A stretch of DNA of 64,000 nucleotides from Chthonomonadales bacterium (GTDB lineage: Bacteria > Armatimonadota > Chthonomonadetes > Chthonomonadales > CAJBBX01): NCBI GenBank assembly GCA_037443035.1, contig JBBIPC010000017.1, positions 1 through 64,000 on the forward strand, in the 5' to 3' direction. Position numbers and translations under genes: made by a program. Below, piece after piece: positions 20,528-32,740 of this stretch. The notes under the pieces are model-generated. The model had not been told where the DNA came from and did not search any database. It saw only the letters and a list, made by a program, of their open reading frames with translations. Every line of letters begins with the position of its first letter. Within the stretch, counting starts at the first letter, position 1.

Positions 20528-21372
20528 ATGACAGATAGCGCTGGCGCGCGTCGGTTTGCGCTTCTCGAGATGCTCGCTGAAGAACAGCAGGGCATGACGC
20601 TGGCTGAGGCTGCCGAGCGTCTTGGCGTGGATGAACGCACCATTCGGCGGGACGTGGAGGCCATTCAGTCGGTCCTCCAGCAAGTAGGCAACGTACACCT
20701 AGTGCGCGGGCGGCTGGAGCCTTTCGTCACCGATCCCACCGTGCTTGGATCTGGCAGCCACAGACGAGCGGAGTTCGCCGCCAAGACAGCCATGGCGCGA
20801 GCGGCAGTTCGGCGCATTCCAGACGGCTCGGCGGTGGTACTGACGGCTGGAACGTCTACGCTCGCGGTGGCCGTGGAACTGAAGCGGGCGCAGATCCAGC
20901 ATACCCATCCAACAGATCTCATCGTCTTCTCCAACAGCCTTCCTGCTCTCTTGGAGCTGGTTGCAGGTGGGGTATCCACAGGCGTGCTTGGCGAAGTCTA
21001 CAACCCTAGAGACTGCGCCTTCCACAGCCATGAGCTGCGGACCAGGTTTCATGCCAGCATGGCCATCGTTGGTGCCAGCGGCGTCATTCTGGAGCCGGCC
21101 GCAGGCAGCCTGAGCCTGTGTTCCGATCGGATCGAGGAAGCGGCGTTCATGAGGCAATTGCTGGGACCGGTTCCGGAGATCCTGTTGGTGGCAGAAGCAG
21201 GGAAGATTGGCCGCCATCATCCGTGGTCGTTCACGTCCGACGGCCTTCTTGTTGGCAAGAGGCTGCACATTGTGACCACGCCGCTGGAGCGATGGCAATC
21301 AGATGGCCTGGCGGCTGTCGCCGACAGTGCTCGACGCTCTGGCATCACCCTCTCGTTCGAGGAGGTAGCAGT

Positions 21373-21385
<13 letters not shown>
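20528..21385 (+). CDS. DeoR/GlpR family transcriptional regulator
   Basis: HTH AERLGVDERTIRRD; sensor motifs AGTST and SNSL; overlaps the glmS start. Confidence 0.88.
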
Positions 21386-23178
<1,793 letters not shown>

Positions 23179-23309
23179 TGTATTTAGTGTAGCGAAGAAA
23201 TCTGTTCTCGATTCGCAACTCCGTGCCCGCGCACGGCGTAAAGGTCTATGTACATCTCGGTCGCTCCTAGCCCGAGGACCCTAGTGAGAACAAGAAGGAG
23301 TTCCATAGA

Positions 23310-23918
23310 ATGCCAGAGTTCACGTTGCCGCCGCTCCCGTACCCGTACGATGCCCTGGAGCCTCACATAGACACGCTGACCATGCAGATTCACCACGACA
23401 AACACCACCAGGCTTACGTGACCAACCTCAACGCGGCGCTCAAGGATCATCCCGAGCTTCAGGCCATGAGCATCGAGGCTATTCTGCGAGACCTGAACAC
23501 GATACCTGAGGCCATTCGTACCGCGGTTCGGAACAACGGTGGCGGTCACTACAACCACACGCTCTTCTGGGAGATCATGAAGCCGGGCGGGGCAAAGGCT
23601 CCCACCGGCAGTTTGGCCAGTGCTATAGAGGCGACATTCGGCAGCCTCGACGAACTGATCAAGCAGGTCAGCGACGCTGCAATGAAGCGCTTCGGAAGCG
23701 GATGGGCGTGGCTTGTCAAAGATCCGTCGGGTCGCTTGCTCGTCTACAGCACCGCCAACCAGGACTGCCCGCTGACCGACAAGCATATCCCTCTGCTAGG
23801 TGTGGACGTGTGGGAGCACGCGTACTACCTCAAGTACCGCAACCTGCGCGCCGACTACGTCAAGGCCTGGTGGAACGTAGTGAACTGGGACGAGGTCAGC
23901 AAGCGCTTTGCGGGCTAG
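23310..23918 (+). CDS. sodA: Mn/Fe superoxide dismutase
   Basis: [22 protein letters not shown] and DVWEHAYY. Confidence 0.95.
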   Translation: MPEFTLPPLPYPYDALEPHIDTLTMQIHHDKHHQAYVTNLNAALKDHPELQAMSIEAILRDLNTIPEAIRTAVRNNGGGHYNHTLFWEIMKPGGAKAPTGSLASAIEATFGSLDELIKQVSDAAMKRFGSGWAWLVKDPSGRLLVYSTANQDCPLTDKHIPLLGVDVWEHAYYLKYRNLRADYVKAWWNVVNWDEVSKRFAG

Positions 23919-23946
23919 ACATCACCCGATGCTGCACTTCACGCTG

Positions 23947-23972
23947 GTAGGGGCGCCTGTAGCTGGCGCCCT
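23947..23972 (+). repeat. GTAG-type REP-like hairpin between convergent sodA and dprA
   Basis: GTAG-GGGCGCC-tgtagct-GGCGCCC-T. Confidence 0.45.
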
Positions 23973-23999
23973 GTCCCGTTTGGATGGCGGGCACTAGAC

Positions 24000-25097
24000 C
24001 TAGAGCGTCCGAATGTACGTACCCCCAGGTTGACGGCGCACAAGACCTTTCAGTTCGAGGATGGTGAGCACTGCGGACGTCTGGGCCGTGGTGAGCTCCA
24101 CTTCCGCGGCCAGGACGTCAATGTGTTTGGGGATGAGTCCGAGATGGGCTAGGATCACCCGCTGATCTTGGCTGAGTTCGGCAACGGCTGCGGCTTCTCG
24201 ATCTTCGGCGGGTATCCTGTGCACCGTTACGCCAAGCTGGTGCACCACATCTTGAGCGCACGTAACCAGCCCCGCTCCGTCCATGATTAGGGCGTTCGTG
24301 CCGACGCTTCCCGGACGATCGACATTGCCTGGCACTGCCATGACGTCACGGCCTTGCTCAGCAGCAGTGCTTGCTGTGATGAGCGCGCCGCTCTGCTGAC
24401 CAGCTTCGATGACAACCACGCCCATAGAGAGGCCGCTGATCAGCCGGTTTCTGACAGGGAATCGCCAGCTCTCTGGTGTAGCGCCCAACGGGTACTCCGA
24501 CACGATGGCACCCTGGTCGTTCTCCACAATCTCGTCGAACAGAGGCTGGTTCAGAGCGGGGTAGGGGATATCGAGACCGCATCCCAGCACGACGATGGTG
24601 CGTCCTCCCGCCTGGATAGCCCCGCGGTGGGCCGCGGCATCTATGCCCATGGCGCCACCACTTACGATCGTGAAGCCCATCTCCGCCAGGTCTCGACTCA
24701 AGCTGGTGGCGACCTCGCGACCGTACGGTGAAGGCCTGCGCGTACCTACGACACCTACGGCCGTATTGTCGCGGTCATCGAGTCTGCCCCGCACGAGAAG
24801 GCACGCGGGACGATCGGAGACCTCCCGAAGCAGCATGGGGTAGTCGGGGCTATCGCTGGGAATCAGGGTCAGGCCGAGCTTCTCGAACGCGGCGACCTGC
24901 TTGTCCGTAGGGATTCGCGACTCGTCCTGGAGTCGGGTCAGCTGGTCTGGTGATAACTCAGGGACCCCAGCGAGTTCGTCAGGAGGAGCAGCGAAGATAC
25001 GCGCTGGGGTTCCATACCTGAGCAGCAGTGCATGGGCTACACGCGGACTCAGCTCGACATTGGTGAGTCGGAGCCAAGCCAGCTGTTCATCAGTCAC
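24000..25097 (-). CDS. dprA: DNA-processing protein DprA
   Basis: VGTRRPSPYG, SGGAMGID, FPVRNRLISG and SGALIT; C-terminal winged helix; start uncertain. Confidence 0.95.
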   Translation of the reverse strand: MTDEQLAWLRLTNVELSPRVAHALLLRYGTPARIFAAPPDELAGVPELSPDQLTRLQDESRIPTDKQVAAFEKLGLTLIPSDSPDYPMLLREVSDRPACLLVRGRLDDRDNTAVGVVGTRRPSPYGREVATSLSRDLAEMGFTIVSGGAMGIDAAAHRGAIQAGGRTIVVLGCGLDIPYPALNQPLFDEIVENDQGAIVSEYPLGATPESWRFPVRNRLISGLSMGVVVIEAGQQSGALITASTAAEQGRDVMAVPGNVDRPGSVGTNALIMDGAGLVTCAQDVVHQLGVTVHRIPAEDREAAAVAELSQDQRVILAHLGLIPKHIDVLAAEVELTTAQTSAVLTILELKGLVRRQPGGTYIRTL

Positions 25098-25171
25098 TGG
25101 AAGCGTACGTCGTACGCTGGAGACACCGCCAAACTCGTGCGTCGGCGTCTCCAGCGTCCACTCCAAGCTGT

Positions 25172-26893
25172 CTAGCGATCGGCGCCGCCGGCACCGCCAC
25201 CGAAGCCGCCGCGCCTGCCGCCTCCAATACCACCACCACGGCCACCACCGATACCACCGCCGCGACCGCCGAACCCTCCAGCTCCAGGGGCACCATAGTT
25301 ATACTGGTCACTCTCGGGCTTCTTGCGGGGCAGCTTGGCAACAGTGTTATCCACGATGAACGTCCACGACTTTTTCACAGTATTGCCGGCCCAGTCCGTG
25401 GCCATGACCGTCACCGTGTGTCGTCCATCGGGTAGCGGTTTCACGAGAGAAGCGGTCTGCGGTTCTGGAGTACGATAGGTAAGAGACCCCTTGCGCAGGT
25501 CGAAGTAGTATCCCGGGTCGTCTTCGTGCTCTGGTCCTTCCGGCCGCCGAGGAACGCCCTCTCCATCGCGCAGCAGACGCACCGAGGCTGGATTCACCCC
25601 GGACCCTTCGTCAATGATCTTGGCTTCGAAGTAGATGGGTGGTAGGCCATTGATGACCACACCCATCTCGGGCTCGACGATGGTTACCTCCGGGGGCGTT
25701 GTATCCTCGACCTGTGTATCGAAGGCAGCCAAAGAACCGTCATCGGTCAGAACGAATAGCTTACCGTTGGCAACCACCGGGCTTGCGGCGATATTCGTCC
25801 AGCGGGCTATGGCGTCTTCCACCGACGTAGATGGCTGCGTCTGATACAGCCACTTGACCTCTCCGTTCTGCGTATCGATGGCGTAGACGGCCCCGAGAAC
25901 CGTACCAACGAAGAGATGGCCATCGGCGAGCGTCGGCGCTGCCATAACCTCGTAAGCTAACTTGGGTGGGTTCTTCCAGCGTGGCCGACCAGTCCGAGGG
26001 TCGAAGGCGTAGACCGTGTTGTCCGCCGTGACCACGTAGACGCCGCTATCGTCCACGGCAGGAGACGCGACAATATCATTGGGCAGGAGCAAACTCCAAC
26101 GTGGGGTTAGATTGCGCCCCATGAAGCAGTGGAGGCGAGAACCACCGGCAGCGTAGACGTAATCGCCCCAGACGACAGGGGACTGACGCAGCACCGTACC
26201 GCCGAGCCTAGCCGAGTAGCGCTCCTTGCCCGTCGCGGCGCCGATGGCGTGGAGGACCTGATCGAGGGAGATCACGTAGACGATACCATTGGCGACGGCT
26301 GGTGCGCCAGCGATCTCGTCCTGCGTCTTGAAACCGCCCTTCCAGCTCGGCACTTCAGCGCCAGTGCGCGTATCGATGGCGAAGACGCGTCCGTCGGCAG
26401 CGCCAAAGTAGACCACACCGTCAGCGATGGTTGGAGCGCCCCCCACACTCGTTCGCGTGTCGAACAGCCACGTGCCCTTGCCCGTCTCGGTATGCAGTGC
26501 ATAGAGCCGTCCGTCGTCCGCACCAAAATACAGCATATCATCGAGAACGGCCGGAGTGCTGCGTATGCGCGTCGATAGGGGAGCGTCCTGAGGAAAACGC
26601 CACTTGAGAGCGCCGGTCTCGACATCCAGCGCGTACATTCTGTCCCCGCATGCAAAGTACACAGTGTCTCCCGAGACCACAGGAGCAGATGGGTTGTTGG
26701 TATCGTATGTTGCAGTGTATTTCCAGGACAGCGACAGAGGGAGCGTCAGCCGCTCCGCTCGAGAGCTGGCAACCGCCGATGCGGCAAGTACCAGCACCAT
26801 CACCGCAGCGAGGACACACCAGCCATGCCCTCGCCGGAGCGCAGTCGAGTGGACCATCGGCGAAAATGCCATAGCTTGTCGTACTCCCTTCAT
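25172..26893 (-). CDS. Secreted PQQ-binding-like beta-propeller repeat protein with Ig-like domain and Gly/Arg-rich tail
   Basis: Repeated YA(L/I)DxxTGxxxW blades and signal peptide; start may be about 8 codons downstream. Confidence 0.85.
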   Translation of the reverse strand: MKGVRQAMAFSPMVHSTALRRGHGWCVLAAVMVLVLAASAVASSRAERLTLPLSLSWKYTATYDTNNPSAPVVSGDTVYFACGDRMYALDVETGALKWRFPQDAPLSTRIRSTPAVLDDMLYFGADDGRLYALHTETGKGTWLFDTRTSVGGAPTIADGVVYFGAADGRVFAIDTRTGAEVPSWKGGFKTQDEIAGAPAVANGIVYVISLDQVLHAIGAATGKERYSARLGGTVLRQSPVVWGDYVYAAGGSRLHCFMGRNLTPRWSLLLPNDIVASPAVDDSGVYVVTADNTVYAFDPRTGRPRWKNPPKLAYEVMAAPTLADGHLFVGTVLGAVYAIDTQNGEVKWLYQTQPSTSVEDAIARWTNIAASPVVANGKLFVLTDDGSLAAFDTQVEDTTPPEVTIVEPEMGVVINGLPPIYFEAKIIDEGSGVNPASVRLLRDGEGVPRRPEGPEHEDDPGYYFDLRKGSLTYRTPEPQTASLVKPLPDGRHTVTVMATDWAGNTVKKSWTFIVDNTVAKLPRKKPESDQYNYGAPGAGGFGGRGGGIGGGRGGGIGGGRRGGFGGGAGGADR

Positions 26894-26970
26894 GACATTC
26901 GAGACGGGTACGCGGGTACTGCTGCGGACCCCGACGGATGAGACAGTCCGAACCCTGTTACCCCTATGCG

Positions 26971-26999
26971 AGTATATCGAAACGAACGGCTGCTGTCAA
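26971..26999 (-). promoter_or_regulatory. sigma70 promoter for the PQQ-repeat/dprA unit
   Basis: Minus strand TTGACA-N17-TATACT. Confidence 0.75.
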
Positions 27000-27091
27000 G
27001 CCACGTACGTGACTGCCGCCTGGCAAGTGGGCTAGCCCTCTTTGCTTCCAGCCGCGGTTGACGCAGTGGCTCGGCGGAGGAAGCATACAGC

Positions 27092-28978
27092 GTGGGCGTC
27101 GAATCCTTTCCTGACTCCGTGATCTCCAACCGGCTGGACTCCATTCTCGCGAAGGTTACCAAGCCTGCCCGCTATGTGGGAGGCGAGGTCAATGCCGTCG
27201 TGAAACCGAGCGGCACATACGATACACGCATAGCTCTGGCGTTCCCCGATGTATACGAGGTCGGCATGAGCAACCTCGCGCTTGCCATTCTGTATGACGT
27301 TCTGAACGCTCGGGAGGATACATGGGCTGAGCGTGTCTTCGCGCCCTGGCCAGATGCGGAGGAGCTATTCCGTCAGCATGCGATACCGCTTTATAGCCTG
27401 GAGAGCCGGACACCAATCCGGCAGTTCGACATTCTCGGGTTCAGTCTGGCTTTCGAGCTCTGCTACACGAACGTGTTGAACATGCTGGATTTGGCGGGCA
27501 TCCCTGTCCACTCAGCGGACCGTACGGAGGATCATCCCCTCGTCATTGCGGGTGGCCACTGTGCTCTGACGCCCGAGCCGATGGCACCCTTCATCGATGC
27601 CTTTGTCATCGGCGACGGCGAGGAGGTGGTCCACGAGATCGTGGACGTCTATCGTCGCGTCGGTCGCACTTCGCGTCCACGGCTGCTTCGCGCACTGGCC
27701 AACGTCCCGGGTATCTATGTGCCCGCGCTGTATAGGGTTGTGGATGCGTCCGTCGCACCTCCGGAACCGGCGGCGGAAGGAGTTCCCGGGCGTATCGAGC
27801 GGCGGCGCGTGGCCGATCTCGACAAGGTACGGTTCCCGGTCAAGCCCATCGTACCGCTCGTGGAGGTCGTTCACGATAGAGTTTCCATCGAGGTCATGCG
27901 GGGATGTACGCGGGGGTGTCGGTTCTGCCAGGCTGGCATGATCACCCGACCTGTCAGGGAGCGGAGCGCAGCTCAGGTCGTTCGTTTGGCGGAGCAACTC
28001 TTGAGAGCGACGGGGCACGAGGAGATCTCGCTGGTGTCGCTATCCACGTCCGACCACAGCGAAGTGGAGCAGATGGTGGATCGCCTCATTTCGCAACATG
28101 GAGGGCGCGGCATCGGCGTGTCGCTGCCGTCCCTGCGGGCCGATCGAGACTGTGTTCACCTGGCTTCCCGTATACAGTCGGTGCGCAAGTCTGGCTTGAC
28201 CTTCGCCCCAGAAGCAGGTACGCAACGGCTTCGTGACGCCATCAACAAGGGCGTGACCGAGGACGATCTCATGCGGGCTGCCGAGGCGGCATTCGAGGCT
28301 GGTTGGCGGCACATCAAGCTCTACTTCATGATTGGGCTACCGACGGAGACCGACGACGACGTGGTCGCGATCGCTGACCTGGCTGGACGTGTGGCAGCTA
28401 TTGGCCGCAGGCACGCTGGCCGTGCAGCGAGCGTTGCCGTCACCGTGTCCGGGTTCGTTCCGAAGCCGCACACACCATTCCAGTGGCGGGCTCAAGACCC
28501 ACCGGAGGAACTCATGCGCAAGCAGCGCCTACTGCGCCAGGTCGTGCGCGACAGGGCGGTGACGCTGAAGTTCCACGATCCGAAGGTCTCGTGGATAGAG
28601 GGGGTACTGGCGCGCGGGGGCCGGGCCGTTGCCGGCTCGGTTCTCCGCGCTTGGCGCATGGGGGCGCGTTTCGATGCGTGGGATGAGTATTTCAGCTTCG
28701 ACCGCTGGACAGAAGTGTTTCGTCAGGCATCGGTGGATCCCCACCTGACCACAGGCCGTGTTCGCGGGTATCATGAACCGCTACCGTGGGATCACATCGA
28801 TGCTGGGGTGGCGAAGGCGTATCTTCGGGCAGAGGATCGTCGGGCCGAGCGTGGCCAGCGTACCGAAGACTGTCACACGGGACCATGCACCTTCTGCCTG
28901 GCATGTGACCGGTGGCTCGCGGAGCGCCCTGCGAGGGGTACTCACGACCAGTCGCGAGGAGGACGCACAAGTGAGTAG
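27092..28978 (+). CDS. B12-binding radical SAM protein (TIGR03960-like)
   Basis: KPARYVGGE, FPDVYEVGMS, CxxxCxxC (CTRGCRFC) and PKPHTPFQW. Confidence 0.9.
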   Translation: MGVESFPDSVISNRLDSILAKVTKPARYVGGEVNAVVKPSGTYDTRIALAFPDVYEVGMSNLALAILYDVLNAREDTWAERVFAPWPDAEELFRQHAIPLYSLESRTPIRQFDILGFSLAFELCYTNVLNMLDLAGIPVHSADRTEDHPLVIAGGHCALTPEPMAPFIDAFVIGDGEEVVHEIVDVYRRVGRTSRPRLLRALANVPGIYVPALYRVVDASVAPPEPAAEGVPGRIERRRVADLDKVRFPVKPIVPLVEVVHDRVSIEVMRGCTRGCRFCQAGMITRPVRERSAAQVVRLAEQLLRATGHEEISLVSLSTSDHSEVEQMVDRLISQHGGRGIGVSLPSLRADRDCVHLASRIQSVRKSGLTFAPEAGTQRLRDAINKGVTEDDLMRAAEAAFEAGWRHIKLYFMIGLPTETDDDVVAIADLAGRVAAIGRRHAGRAASVAVTVSGFVPKPHTPFQWRAQDPPEELMRKQRLLRQVVRDRAVTLKFHDPKVSWIEGVLARGGRAVAGSVLRAWRMGARFDAWDEYFSFDRWTEVFRQASVDPHLTTGRVRGYHEPLPWDHIDAGVAKAYLRAEDRRAERGQRTEDCHTGPCTFCLACDRWLAERPARGTHDQSRGGRTSE

Positions 28979-29306
28979 ATTCGATAACATTCCAGACGAA
29001 GACATCAGGACCGTGGAGCGGATCTCGAACGTGGCCACATACTGCGCAGACAGGCTACCGTCCTCTGCCCCATCTCCTTGGCAGGCCGTGGCCTACGAAG
29101 CTATCCTAGAGGCGTGTCTTCGTGACTGGGTAGATGCTGGTACGGAGTTTCTGGACAGCGATGATGCGGACAACCTTGCCAGCATCGTGGCGGCTGCTGC
29201 CGAGACGGCGCTCCAGCAGCGTGCCGACCTGCGCGACGTTGCATTCCGGACGATTCTCAGAGGCTGGTTGTCGGACTGGGTGCAGAACTGGCGAGGCGAA
29301 GAGTAG
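28971..29306 (+). CDS. Hypothetical 111-aa acidic helical protein with internal duplication
   Basis: GAGGAGG RBS and GTG start overlapping the upstream stop. Confidence 0.7.
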   Translation: MSRFDNIPDEDIRTVERISNVATYCADRLPSSAPSPWQAVAYEAILEACLRDWVDAGTEFLDSDDADNLASIVAAAAETALQQRADLRDVAFRTILRGWLSDWVQNWRGEE

Positions 29307-29392
29307 GCTCTCCATGGCGCGCGTTACGACACGGCGGAGTGCTCGCCCGACGAAGCGTCTGTCGCGCATCGGCCGAATCGTGAGGCAGCTAG

Positions 29393-31375
29393 ATGAGTAG
29401 CGAGCACAGTGGCCTTCCACGCCTCCAGTTGCTCCGCATCATGGAAACGGCGCGGCAGGGCGACCGACGAGAAGGCATTCTCCTACGGCAGAGCAAAGGC
29501 TGGTTCGCAGTAGGGGGCATGGGGCAGGAAGGGATGGCGGCCCTCGCGTACACCATCCGCGACGATGACATCCTCTTTCCCTACTACCGCGATCGGGCCC
29601 TCTGTCTTGCGAGAGGGCTGACCACCTACGATCTGGCGCTGGCGTTTTTCGCCGCAAGCGACTCCATGACAGCAGGTCGTCAGATGCCAGGCCATTACGG
29701 CCGCTGGAGCCTGGGCATCTTCTCTGTCGCAACTCCCACGGCAAGCCAGTGTCTTCCTGCGGCCGGGGCCGCCTGGGCCGTGAAGCTGGAAGGCAGCGAC
29801 CGCGTGGTGCTGTGCTCGGTCGGTGACGCCGCATTGCGCCAGGGTGAGTACTACGAAGCAGTCTCTTTCGCGGTACAGGAGCAGCTACCGCTCGTTTTCG
29901 TCATCGAGGACAATGGCTACGGAATCAGTACGCCGACGAACCGTCACAATCCGTACCGACTCGGGATCTTCAACGACGCCAACGTGATTCGTGTGGATGG
30001 AAGGGATGTCCAGGCGGTCTATGCAGCTGGATGCGAAGCCGTGAGCCGGGCCCGTCGCGGGCAGGGGCCGTCCGTGCTCTGGTGCGAAATGGATCGGCTA
30101 TGTTCTCACACGTCTTCCGATGACCACCGTGTATATCGAGACGAGGCGGAGCTCCAAGCTATGGAAGCTCGCGATCCCATTCGCCGTTTGGCAGCAGAGC
30201 TGATGCAAGAGGGCATTCTTACGGCAGAACAGTGGGCGGTCATGCAAGCCGAGATCGCGCGCGAAGTGGAAGATACGTATGCGAAGGCATGGCAAGCGCC
30301 CCGACCGTCGGGACAGGACGTCGTACGCCACGTGTACGCCGATAATGCAGACATTCCGTCTCTGCCGGAGGAGGTTGCAAGCAAACTACGAGCCGAGTCG
30401 CCAACCACCATGGTGCAAGCGATTGTGGAGACGCTGAACGCGGCGCTGGCGAGCGATGCCAGAGTGATCCTCTTCGGTGAAGATATCGAGGACCCCAAAG
30501 GGGGCGTCTTCGGGCTCACGCGTGGACTGAGCACCAGCTATCCCGGTCGTGTCGTGAACTCGCCGCTGGCGGAAGCGACCATCGTCGGTCTGGGAGTTGG
30601 TCTGGCAGCGTGCGGATGGAAACCGGCTTTCGAGATCCAGTTCATAGACTTCATGGGCCCTGCGTTCAACCAACTGGTCAACCAGGCGGCGACCCTTCGA
30701 TGGCGCACAGCCGGAGATCAGGCGTGTCCCATGGTGCTCCTGGCACCGGCGGGAGCATACTTGCCAGGTGGTGGGATATGGCACAGTCAGACGAACGAAG
30801 GCCTCTGGACACACGTGCCTGGGCTTCGCGTCTGCGTCCCTAGCACCCCAGCAGACGCGGCATCCATGCTGTGGGCTGCACTCCATATGGGCGATCCGGT
30901 TCTGTACCTCATTCCCAAGCACCTGTTCCGCAAGCGGATGCCGTTCGATACTGTGGAAGCATGCGAAGTCGGCAAGTGCGCCATTCGGCGTACGGGCAGC
31001 GACGTAACACTCGTTACGTGGGGCAACGGGACCGAGCTGGCTGAGGAGTGCGCCAACCTTGCCAAGGCCGAAGGAGTTTCCGTGGAGCTCCTGGATCTGC
31101 GGTGGCTCGATCCGTGCGACTGGGACGGCATCACGGCTTCGCTGGAGAAAACGGGACGGCTGGTCGTCCTGCACGAGGACAGCCGCACTGGCGGTTTCGG
31201 CGATACAGTTGTTGCAGAGATGACCGCTCGGCCGGAACGATGGAATCTTTTCCTGGCTCCTCCTCAGATCGTCGCGCGTGAGGATACGCCCGTTCCATTC
31301 GCACCAGTGCTGGAATACGCCGTGCTGCCCGATGTCGAACGTGTGATGCAGGCGATACGGGAGGTCATGCGTTAG
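29393..31375 (+). CDS. 2-oxoacid dehydrogenase E1, fused alpha+beta
   Basis: YYRD, TPP motif GDA...EDN, HTSSDD, GEDI..GGVF and HSQ. Confidence 0.92.
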   Translation: MSSEHSGLPRLQLLRIMETARQGDRREGILLRQSKGWFAVGGMGQEGMAALAYTIRDDDILFPYYRDRALCLARGLTTYDLALAFFAASDSMTAGRQMPGHYGRWSLGIFSVATPTASQCLPAAGAAWAVKLEGSDRVVLCSVGDAALRQGEYYEAVSFAVQEQLPLVFVIEDNGYGISTPTNRHNPYRLGIFNDANVIRVDGRDVQAVYAAGCEAVSRARRGQGPSVLWCEMDRLCSHTSSDDHRVYRDEAELQAMEARDPIRRLAAELMQEGILTAEQWAVMQAEIAREVEDTYAKAWQAPRPSGQDVVRHVYADNADIPSLPEEVASKLRAESPTTMVQAIVETLNAALASDARVILFGEDIEDPKGGVFGLTRGLSTSYPGRVVNSPLAEATIVGLGVGLAACGWKPAFEIQFIDFMGPAFNQLVNQAATLRWRTAGDQACPMVLLAPAGAYLPGGGIWHSQTNEGLWTHVPGLRVCVPSTPADAASMLWAALHMGDPVLYLIPKHLFRKRMPFDTVEACEVGKCAIRRTGSDVTLVTWGNGTELAEECANLAKAEGVSVELLDLRWLDPCDWDGITASLEKTGRLVVLHEDSRTGGFGDTVVAEMTARPERWNLFLAPPQIVAREDTPVPFAPVLEYAVLPDVERVMQAIREVMR

Positions 31376-31417
31376 CCTGCTCCAAATCCTGAGCGAGTTG
31401 GGATGGCACTCTAGACC

Positions 31418-32623
31418 ATGGGGATCTATAACGTAACGGTACCGCAGATGGGCGAAGGGCTTCAGGAAGCGCGATTGGTGCGGCTGCTGAAGCAGCCTGG
31501 TGAGGTCATCGCACGGGACGAGCCGATCTTCGAAATGGAGACCGACAAGGCGACGATGGAGATCGAGTCGCCGGTCGCCGGTACCTTGATCGAGTGGCTG
31601 GTAACAGAGAACTCAGTTGTCGCCATCGGCGCCGTCGTTGGTAGGATCGAGGCCGAAGGCACGGATGTGCCTGCTTCCGTAGGCAGGCCGGAGCGCGAAT
31701 CCGGAAGGGTCGGTGCGGAACCCGTCCCGGCTGGGGCGGCGGCATCCGCGCGGAACGCCCTCATACCGCCGAGGACGAGAGCGTATGCACGGGAGTGCGG
31801 CGTCAGCGATGCGGAGCTGGTGGACCTTGCCAATCGTCTAGGTACGCGAGTGATGCCTGCAGACGTGGACCGATATGTGGCAGAGCGGCGACCAGAAGCT
31901 GTGGTACCGGCATCTCCCGCGGCTACGCAGGACCTTATGCCCTTGTCACCGAGCCAACGCACGCTGGTCTATCGCATGCAGCAACGAGCCGGCGAGGTGA
32001 TTCCCGCTACCGAGGAGACTGTCCTTGCCTGGTCGCCGGTGGACGCAGCGAGGACATCTCTGAAACGCCAGGCGCGGACAAACGGGATGCCCGTGCCAAC
32101 GCCGTTCCTGTTGGTCGCATGGTGCGTCGTGCGTGCCGCTGCTCGTTTTCCCGTGCTTCGCTGTTCCTACGCTGGCGAGGGCATGCTGCGTAGGCATCCA
32201 CACCTCAACCTGGGTCTGGCAGTCGCTCGCGGAGAGGATGAATTGCTCACTGCTACGATTGGAGCCGCTGATACATTGTCGTTCCGGGAGTTCGTGCTGA
32301 CGGCAGTGGACGCCGTCAAACGTGCCAGAGCCGGCGAGGACCAGGCCAACAGCAGCATACAGTTCACCCTCTCGAACCTAGCGGGGCATGACATTGTGCG
32401 CGCAACGCCGGTGATCGTTGCGCCGGCCATCGCAACGCTGTTCATCGGGTCTGTGCATCTGGCTCCGTTCGCCAGAGACGACGGCTCCGTCTCGTTCGAG
32501 CGTTGCGCGACCGCCACGCTCACATTCGATCACCGAGTGATGAACGGCGTAGGAGCAGCCAGCTTCTTGTCGGAGTTGCGACGACAGGTAGAAGCCTTGC
32601 CCACAGCGTCGCTCACTCTGTGA
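31418..32623 (+). CDS. 2-oxoacid dehydrogenase E2 (dihydrolipoamide acyltransferase)
   Basis: Lipoyl motif ETDKA; catalytic FDHRVMNG. Confidence 0.9.
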   Translation: MGIYNVTVPQMGEGLQEARLVRLLKQPGEVIARDEPIFEMETDKATMEIESPVAGTLIEWLVTENSVVAIGAVVGRIEAEGTDVPASVGRPERESGRVGAEPVPAGAAASARNALIPPRTRAYARECGVSDAELVDLANRLGTRVMPADVDRYVAERRPEAVVPASPAATQDLMPLSPSQRTLVYRMQQRAGEVIPATEETVLAWSPVDAARTSLKRQARTNGMPVPTPFLLVAWCVVRAAARFPVLRCSYAGEGMLRRHPHLNLGLAVARGEDELLTATIGAADTLSFREFVLTAVDAVKRARAGEDQANSSIQFTLSNLAGHDIVRATPVIVAPAIATLFIGSVHLAPFARDDGSVSFERCATATLTFDHRVMNGVGAASFLSELRRQVEALPTASLTL

Positions 32624-32740
32624 CGTGGGCCGGACGACCGCTGCTGTGAACGTGCGGTCCGTCGAGCGAAGAGGACGGAAGGGGAACTGGACTGACGCCC
32701 CTTTCATCCTCACTAGGTCTGCAGCCGTCTCGGCTCGCGA

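Noticed and set aside
21118..21372. N-terminal extension of GlmS or a glmS ribozyme
   Set aside because: GlmS needs Cys at position 2 (MCG at 21373), and the upstream sequence is DeoR coding region.
32520..32550. E2 catalytic motif reads DHRVMNG rather than DHRxxDG
   Set aside because: The Asn variant is known in functional E2 enzymes, so it is not evidence of inactivation. The missing E3 gene is commonly encoded elsewhere.
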